64,000 nt of DNA, taken from positions 15,066,001-15,130,000 of the forward strand of contig CM022671.1 in the NCBI GenBank assembly GCA_012295275.1. The letters run 5' to 3'. This DNA is from Chrysomallon squamiferum (taxonomy: Eukaryota > Animalia > Mollusca). Positions 56,301-64,000 of the stretch are shown one piece after another. Numbering within the stretch: position 1 is the stretch's first letter; each line of letters begins with the position of its first letter. Under the pieces are notes generated by a model. It was not told where the DNA came from and did no database searches. It worked only from the letters and a program-made list of their open reading frames with translations. A program made the position numbers and the translations under genes.

Positions 56301-59300
56301 AAACATATTACAAATTCTGATTTTTGTTAGGTAAGTTTATTATCTCACCATCCTCCTTCTTTGACGGAGCAGAGTCTCCTCCTGTCAGTGCTACCAAAGT
56401 TGCAGCCACTGATGCACCACGAAATGGACGAATGCGAGAAAGCAAAGTTTCATTCAAGTTCTTGGAGCTGGACTCATCTTTCTTCTGAAGAAGTATTTTT
56501 GGCCTGTATTCAGTAATTTTCATGGCTTTTTTCTAGATTAAAAAACAATAATAAAAAGAAGAAAATTATTATTTTGTTAGTGAAAATGTTTTAAGAAGAT
56601 CTTTTTTTTTTTATATATATATATACATCACTCAAACCACAAAAATATTATTGAATAATTTATTTTTTGATTTTTTTTTTGTTAAATATGTAATATTTTT
56701 AAAAAAATAATCATAAAAAGCAAATTATATTAATTAACACCTGTCACGCACATAGACTTCCGATGTTGTAAATGTCTAATTATATCAACATTTTAATGTT
56801 AGTTTGTATTTATTTGATGAAATCTTTTGATTTAGTTCAATAAATTATTAATTTATAAACATTTAAATCCTAAATGATAGCAGTATGGTTCAATAAATTT
56901 CATTTTTCGTTGTTGTTAATGCAATAGGATTTTTTACAAATTTATAGTACACAGTATAAAATTTCCTTACTGAATATCATCCTCAAAATATATATTGTTT
57001 CAATGTAAAATGGCATTTTTAATTAAACAGATTAAACAAAAAGTTTCCTCCAATACCTACATCATATTTGAATGTTTCCAGAAAAACATTAATTCCCTTT
57101 TCTTTGCTCTGCTTCTCTGTAATAATGCCAGGACACCAAACCCAATAGAGGTACAGACCATCACTGCAAAATGCCACTGTTGTTCTAGCCTCCTTACCAC
57201 TGCTTGTGTCATGTTTTTTCAAAGTCTTCAAAGGCTATCAGAGAAAATATTTTTGTATCAGTAAATCAAGTATCTACATTTAAAAAAACCCTGAAAAGAC
57301 AACAAAATATGTATGTGTGTCCATATAAATACACACATATAAGTATACAATAAACCAGTAAATGCTTAATACAAAATTTACATATTACAGTAAGAAAAAT
57401 ACTAAAAACAGATAAATAAAAACCTTTAGTGCTGCTGGATTCAGGATTTGTGCAAAGTCAGATGAATGTGACTCTTGATCAAAGACTTCTGGGCGGAAAA
57501 ACAACACTCCATCACACCAAGCAACACGTCCATGGGGTAAATCACAATTTAAGCTGTATACATAACCTCTGAAATTTGAAACAGGAATTCTACAAGCCTA
57601 TACCAGTTAATTTTGTTCTTGAAGTTAATCTAGTGGTGTGCACAACCAGGTATAATATATTATTATATACTTCCAGCAACTGTGGTTTGTTTTATCCTAT
57701 AATTATCTTTTATCATATTTATTATTATGTTAATTTGAAACAAAACTGAAATCAATTATTTAAATACGATTCCAACAAATTGCAACAAATTTAGATAATT
57801 AAGCAATTGTTTCAAAAGTGATTATAGAAAGGCAAACGGTAAAAATATTTGCATTTTAAGAATATTTTTGTAACATACCTCAGTGTTCCATGCAATCCAG
57901 TGCCTAATCTTGCTAAACCTCTGCCACTGGAGTTTGTAGTGTACAAATATCTTCCATCACAAGCAATACTTCTGCCTCTTTCACAGTCTGTATCATTAAA
58001 AATAATAAAGTACTGAATGTGTGATATCTCAACAAATGTTAGTCTAGTCTACAGACTGCATGCCACATTCCTATTTCTGTCAATAGCCAGAAGTAGTATG
58101 TAGTATATATATAAACTGTTACCCACTTAAAAGTGTTCTATTTCAAACCATTAAATTTATTCCGTTTATCGATCATGTGAGCAGTCTTTTTACTTGGTTA
58201 GCATTTTATAATGATTATGATGCTATTTCTCTGACCACAGCAAAAACATTTATCCAGAACAAAACTACATTTGTTTATATTTTAAAGATGTATAAAATGA
58301 CTGAAGTCCCACCTGTCTTATCAAATGGTTTTCAGAAACAAGCATTACGTTTTTTTGTTTGTTTTTCACATGCTGTGGATAAACCAAGACTGGGAACAAA
58401 TGTGGACTACTGGGATATGTACTGGTTTCTCAAAAGTGCTAATGTTTTTCTTTTTTAAAACTGTATTAAGAAAATTGTCATCTTATATTTAGCATACATT
58501 AGCTGTTTAGAACAGATATCAGCTGTCATGTAAATGGATAGTATAAATAATATTTTTCTTTAAGCATATCAGTAATTAATGCTCAATAGAGTCTATCATA
58601 ATTTATTTATCATCATGTAGTTTGTGTAGTTTAAATTCTATAAAGAACTTAAATGTAAAACCTTTGTCCGTATCTTTATCAGATTTTCCTTCTGCAGGCT
58701 GATTTTCTGATCCTGTTGTTAACAGATCATCAAAGCCCCAACTGACAATATGACGAGGACCAACCACAGCAGACGGCTGACTCACTCCACCTTCTGTTTC
58801 TAAAAGGCGTCCAACAATGTCAGCAACAGGCAACTGAGGAACATCTGATAAATGCTGAAGTAGGTGGATTGTGTGAATGAATGTCTCTAAATGACCTCTG
58901 AAAATTAAATCAGAAATTGTGATTATAAAGTTTTAATAAAACATCATATGCATTTATGAGAAAATTATAGAAAATTATATTGAATTGTGGTATTTTTTTC
59001 CCTCAATATAAGCACAATATATTTTTGTTCAGGCTTGATAGTTTTTAACTGATAATTATCAGTAAATGTATCTGCCATTCAAATGTAAATTTTATTCATT
59101 TCAGTTTAGAATTAAACTAGTCTTTTAATCACTTGCTATCAGTTTCAGGGTCAAACATTTTGTGTAACTGAAGTGTGCAACTGAAATAACACTGAAGACA
59201 AAGAAATCAGATTGTGTAATCTAAGTCTGTTATTCACTGTTTCCAGTAAAAAAATACTTTTTTTTAACACACTCGCATTGTAACTGCCATGACCACTGTC

Positions 59301-61051
59301 TATAATAACAATAACTTGCTTTACTGCAACTGACTGGTTAATCAAACATACATGTAGGTCATGCAGACCCAGTAACTGTGAACTTGTATGCAAACATACT
59401 TGCTCAATCAAAAGGACCAGATAAGGACCTTTATTCAAAAAGAAGAAAATGTTTTGCTTCATAACAACTGTTAAAAGAATATTTCACTAGTTTCTTTGAC
59501 TTCAAATGTTTTGTAACAGTCATTACACATTTCATGCAAGAAGAGAAAAAATATAAATAAATAAAATAATAAAGAACATAACCAAATATGTACACAAACA
59601 AAATTTTCATTAACCACTTTATATTAATATATATTTATGAGAAAAACGAGATGAAAACTATATCATGTTTCAATGAAAATCAAATATTTGTTTCTGAAAT
59701 ATTACACAAACCAACAGTGCTAGTCACCCAGGCAACCTCTCCACAGACCATATTGCAATACACTTTATGTGCTGTTTAAAATGATATATAAATATTATTG
59801 TTAAAAACATATTAACATATAATAAACCCATTATCATTGTTTTTACAAATAAAAAAACCCATTTCCAGTAATAGTAATAATGAAATTATTTATTATTTTT
59901 GTTGTTTAATCATTGGTTCTGTTAAATGAAAATCATTTAATCTGTTTGACAGTGATGGCTTCCAGTTGTAATCAAAATTTAGAATGTATTAGTATTTTTT
60001 ATTAATTGATTTTATTAAAAAATATAAAAAATATGAACATTTTAATAATATAATAATTTTAAACATAAAATGCTTGTTGTCTTTGCCCATGTGGAAACTG
60101 AATTTATGGCATGTGGCAAGATCAACATACTCTGAAACAACAGCACTTTGTAAACTACAGGTGGTAGCATCCAGATATTTCAAACAATACTTTAAGAAAA
60201 ATACACACATATATTATTATTAATATATTATCTTGTTATTATCTAAGATAGGCCAACAAAAACAAATACAACACTAATATTCATAATTTATATTGTACTT
60301 TTGTATAAAAAGTATTTACTATTCAGACGATTTGTTCATATCATCAAAGGAGAAGGGACATCTTAAAATATTTTAAGTACCTGGCACAAGCAAGAGCCAC
60401 CAAGGCTGATGCAGCTGTTTCCCTGTTTGCTTTATTTCTCACTTGTTTTGATTGGGTTTCATCTTTAGCTTCAATCCAGTCACATAATAGTGTTTCAAGT
60501 CCTTGAAGACATTCATCTGGTTCTCTTGATAAACTCAATGGTTCACAATCACGCAAAGCATTTAGCAAAACCTTTGCTGTCACTCCACTAAGTGCGTGAT
60601 CAACTCTACTTTGAGACTGTAGTAATGGAAGTAACAAAACTAGACCGATACGTGTGGAAAACGGAGCTTGTTCTTGTTCTTTTAATAATCCTTGTTTTTT
60701 CAATACAGCAATTGTATCTTCTTGAGCGGCGGAACTCTTCGCATCAGTTTCCTCTTGTGCTAAACGACGCTGTGCCGTCCAAAGACCACGCAAAGCATTT
60801 AATCTGTATTCTAGAAGTTTATTGTATGCATTATTTTGCGCTTCACAAATTGATAGCAATCTGTTACTTAATTCTAAAGGGTCTTTCGAATCAAAACAAA
60901 TTGAACCAACGTCAGTTTCGTTGACCTCTCCGTCTTTGACGGTTTCTGGAAGCTCAACTAAATCTGTAACACGTAATAGTCCATCATGCAAGAGAATTGT
61001 TTCTTCAGTTACTGACAGCCATTGGCCGTTCCCCTGACTAGCAGCCGGCAT
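22163..61051 (-). CDS. HECTD4: Probable E3 ubiquitin-protein ligase HECTD4, about 4,300 aa, 66 coding exons
   Basis: Exons (5'->3'): 61051-60381, 58897-58662, 57987-57879, 57568-57424, 57234-57061, 56532-56349, 56226-56053, 55748-55635, 54823-54674, 54333-54101, 53915-53848, 53603-53434, 53297-53192, 52798-52678, 52240-52121, 51841-51785, 51657-51436, 51213-51104, 50396-50198, 49884-49765, 49561-49457, 48879-48716, 48409-48248, 47929-47740, 47450-47346, 46470-46382, 46059-45869, 45559-45436, 44529-44394, 44234-44068, 43562-43416, 43143-42956, 42443-42287, 41956-41882, 41607-41399, 41126-40946, 40216-40138, 40022-39838, 39590-39455, 39131-~38957, 38774-38607, 37925-37634, 37383-37280, 37007-36846, 36352-36204, 35834-35597, 35318-35060, 34630-34364, 34199-33949, 33617-33457, 33231-33014, 32905-32706, 32248-32118, 31923-29977, 29627-29538, 29031-28926, 28292-28159, 27658-27468, 27132-26866, 26407-26252, 25813-25641, 24869-24717, 24224-24106, 23470-23275, 22887-22668, 22299-22163. 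N-terminus QWLSVTEETILLHDGLLRVTDLVELP and C-terminus RVETCMFMIKLPQYSS..REDPLSG* are recognisably HECTD4. All junctions are phase-consistent except one (see findings). Confidence 0.95.
23949..24042. repeat. Compound microsatellite (GAT)n(AAT)n
   Basis: Directly visible, intronic. Confidence 0.95.
28490..28713 (+). mobile_element. Tc1/mariner-superfamily MITE (internally deleted element), 224 bp, in a HECTD4 intron
   Basis: Perfect 23-bp TIRs CAGGGTGTCCACAAAGTCTGGGT, flanked on both sides by TA (28488-89, 28714-15). Interior 28561-28635 translates DQMMALSKELCIESDGNHIENIIY*, like the CI..xGxHxE C-terminus of mariner-type transposases. Confidence 0.93.
35280..37007 (-). other. HECTD4: SPRY/B30.2-like domain exons of HECTD4
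   Basis: FYWELEI..VSFGF..GDVAGIGW..VYFTLGG..MYPIVHI..VRANFGSRPF follows the SPRY consensus. Confidence 0.8.
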
Positions 61052-61124
61052 GGCTGTATTATTGTCGTTATTTTACCATCGTATAAATACAGAGACAAGA
61101 GTCAGACGACCAAAACAGCAAAAT

Positions 61125-61770
61125 AAAAACAGGAAGTGTATATCTAGTTAGCGCCATCTACCGGTAATCATTATCATTAATAAAATAAATTACTAAAATG
61201 CTATTTTCTGATTGGTTAAATGGGTTGTAGAGATGCATTTGCTTTGCTATTTACATCCGGTGTAAACAATGAACGGAATTCCATTTGTATTTAATTGTAT
61301 GGTTATTTGAATAAAATTAATACTGTTTATTTATTTATTTATGTTGTTATTGTTTTTGTGTTATTATGATATGTCATTAAATGATATAATCTTATTTTCA
61401 TGGTTATTTACACTCAAATCCTATTTCAAATGAACTAAGATTAATATACATTAATTATTATATTAAACCTTTGAACCCTAAAGTACCTAGTACAACTACT
61501 ACTACTAGAATGAAAAATCAGAAATAACTAAAGAGGTTATTTTTTCTTGTAAGGAGTGGTAGATAATAAATGTCTTCTTTTCTTTAAAAGAAAACTTTAA
61601 ATGCAGACATAAAGCAAATAAACCATTAATTTTAATCCTTCGCCGCGTGAAATGGAAAAAATGTAAACAAAGTCAACATGTGCGTTGCGACGTCAATTCT
61701 AGTATTAATTGCTGATTGGCTGATGCTAATTAGTCGAGACTGATATCCGCAACTTTTATGGGAGGGGGGA
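61125..61770. promoter_or_regulatory. Promoter region of HECTD4, possibly shared with the divergent plus-strand gene
   Basis: CpG-retaining. AGGAAGT ETS-like site (61131-61137), CTCF-like GCGCCATCTACCGG (61151-61164), CCAAT boxes (GATTGG at 61210 and 61714), CRE-like GACGTCA (~61688-61695) and a G-rich tract at 61759-61773. Confidence 0.55.
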
Positions 61771-63036
61771 GGAATTAGGCGACCGATGTTCGCCGTCCTC
61801 TTTTCTAGATCAGAATATGTTTTGTAAAAATAAAATAACTGATTTTTTTTTTTTTTTTTTAGCTTGCTTCATTTATAAGTAGCGAAGAAGCTTTTTTTTT
61901 TTGTGGTTTCTTTTTGTTTATTTATTCAGATCTTTAATGATACTCGCATGAAGAATTTTTAATGATATATCTATTAACTACATCTGGGGTTGAGAGGGGA
62001 CGGGAAATTGAAAATTAAAAAAAAAAAAGAAACCACCATACTTCGTGTCCTTGCTGATTTTCTTATAAATTCATAATGAATATCTGTAAATTCTGATAAC
62101 CGTTAGAGTCGAGTTTTGTTTTTTGTGAGTTACATAACATTCACAATGAATTAGAATATACTAATTATACTGTGCAAAATTAACGAAATTATAAAATAAA
62201 ATAAAAATTCTGAGAATATAAATTTGTTACTCCTTTTCGGGGTACGACAACAATCCGAGTTTTATAATACTTCTTACCAGGAAGATTAACGTTGAGCAGA
62301 AATAGATTTAAAAAATAATATATATATATATATATAACTTTATAAGAAATGTTGGTAACAAATGGAAACGATAATCGATCGATAAAACTCTTTCCTGACA
62401 ACCTATACGTCACAATATTGACCGCAAAAATCTTGTCACCAAAGAGACTATAAATAATATAGGGTATCTATCGTCTGTCAGTCGGCAAAACGAATTCGAG
62501 GAAATTTAGGTATGTTTTTGTGGTGATTATTTCTTTCTTTTTCTGTTACGCTTTATTATAATTACAATCTTCGAGTAGGGTGTATGTGTGTGTGAAACTT
62601 AAAATTAAAAATTAGGTTAGATATTAAAGTTAACCTTAAAAATTAGGTGCCAAATTTCAGACAGGTTGTAGTTCAGGGCTCATTCGATCATATTGTTGCC
62701 TGTTTGCCAGTATTTAGTCTTTAAAATTTTGTAATGAACCTTTATAAATAATTATAAGCAGCAATTGCCTTTCGACCTGAGCAGGATAAAGCTAATTTAT
62801 TAAGGCAGTAATAAGTTATTTCTTTTATCTTCGAATCATAAAATAATACAAAAAAAACTCTAACCACTCTGAAGAATAATAGTTCATATACTGATTTTGA
62901 TGTCACCTATAAATCTATATATCTATATAGTCAAAACAGAATAATGTTTAAACAAAACAAGTTATTTCTTATTTATAAAATGAAAACTTTCATTATGATA
63001 TTTTAGGATCTAAATCAGCAGTTAAACACTAAAGAA

Positions 63037-63038
<2 letters not shown>

Positions 63039-63072
<34 letters not shown>
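63039..63072. repeat. (GT)n microsatellite
   Basis: Directly visible. Confidence 0.95.
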
Positions 63073-63075
<3 letters not shown>

Positions 63076-63579
63076 ACAGTAACAAGTAATTTATAAGAGT
63101 TAAAATATTTCTTCTTAAAAATATAGAAATTTATATTCATCCATATCACTTTTTTTTTTTATAGTGCTTACAGGATATATATTTATGTATGTATGCATGT
63201 ATGTCAATTTTAATTATATAAACAGGTTCAGATTTTAAAACACTTTTCTTTTGATGAAAGAAAGCTTTATATTTTTAGTTTAATTAAAAATTCTGAAAAG
63301 ACCAAAGACAGTTGTTTTAGCATTATTCAATGATTACCTCTTTAAAACGTTTTGGTAAGTTTTCTTCAGTATATTTACTAATTTCAGTATATTTCAGTAT
63401 ATTTACTAGTTGTTTGATAAAACATTTTTTTATTTAGTTAATACAAAAACATTGGTTCTATTTTCTTTCACTGACTGATTCATTCATTCATTTTATCTTA
63501 CTTCTTATTTAGTTATTGATTGATTGATTGATTTATATTGGGTTATGTGTAATAAATATTTTTTTCTTGTTCAAGAATT

Positions 63580-63897
63580 ATGGGAAGTGGTGCTTCAACA
63601 GCTTCTGATGATGGGAACTCTGGTCAGACTGCTGCAGCTTCATCCAGATCAGGAACAGAAGGAAATAAAAACTTCAAGGAAATTCAATTGAAGCCGGCAA
63701 ACGATCATTCAACACAAAGTTTTCAGAATAAAAGTCCATCCAAAAATCAACCAAAAGAAAAAAATAATTATGAGATAGCATCAAGTAGTGGAAATAAAAA
63801 TACAAATAAAACACAGACTGTAAATACTGCAAAGTCAAACCATGGACCTTCCAGTTCTGACCAACCGCTTCAGAGGTCTAATCAAGCAGTGAGCATT
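63580..63897 (+). CDS. First coding exon of an unidentified gene with an N-myristoylation motif and a disordered S/N/K/Q-rich N-terminus
   Basis: Acceptor ttttcttgttcaag| lies 4 nt before the ATG; MGSGAS fits MGxxxS; the frame is open and GC-richer than its flanks; donor ATT|gtaagt at 63898 (alternative GCA|gtgagc at 63889). A candidate upstream UTR exon ends at TAG|gtatgt near 62509. Confidence 0.75.
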
Positions 63898-64000
63898 GTA
63901 AGTAAAAACATTTAACAATCAGAAATAATCAGTAAAATTATAATTTCAGAATATTTTATGTTGTCAATATGTTTTGATTTCAGTACTAAATATAATTATG

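Noticed and set aside
59151-59462. 103-aa minus-strand ORF in HECTD4 intron 1
   Set aside because: No recognisable domain; exons 1 and 2 join in frame without it.
1-64000. Prokaryotic defence system (TIR/Thoeris-like), operon or CRISPR array
   Set aside because: The TIR belongs to a spliced eukaryotic SARM1; there is no repeat-spacer structure (the 79-bp units have no unique spacers).

Overview
Very AT-rich, intron-rich animal genomic DNA (invertebrate; a lophotrochozoan such as a mollusc is my inference, not proven). It is not prokaryotic: no operons, CRISPR arrays or rRNA/tRNA were seen. Hand-splicing gives four protein-coding loci: (1) the first coding exon of a minus-strand gene starting with an SH3 domain (1496-1678), which continues off the left edge; (2) a complete minus-strand SARM1 orthologue (ARM-SAM-SAM-TIR, 10 coding exons, about 878 aa from the ATG at 16063, catalytic TIR Glu intact); (3) a complete minus-strand HECTD4 orthologue (66 coding exons, about 4,300 aa, 22163-61051); (4) the first coding exon of a divergent plus-strand gene with an N-myristoylation-type start (MGSGAS, 63580). 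Also present are a 224-bp Tc1/mariner-derived MITE in a HECTD4 intron, decayed TIR-like repeats at 3.6-6.1 kb and many microsatellites. The most unusual signals are tandem echoes of exon ends plus their 5' splice sites in SARM1 introns (possible poison donors), one HECTD4 junction whose consensus splice sites are out of phase, and a GC-AG intron in SARM1. All exon coordinates were derived by eye and are unverified by transcripts.
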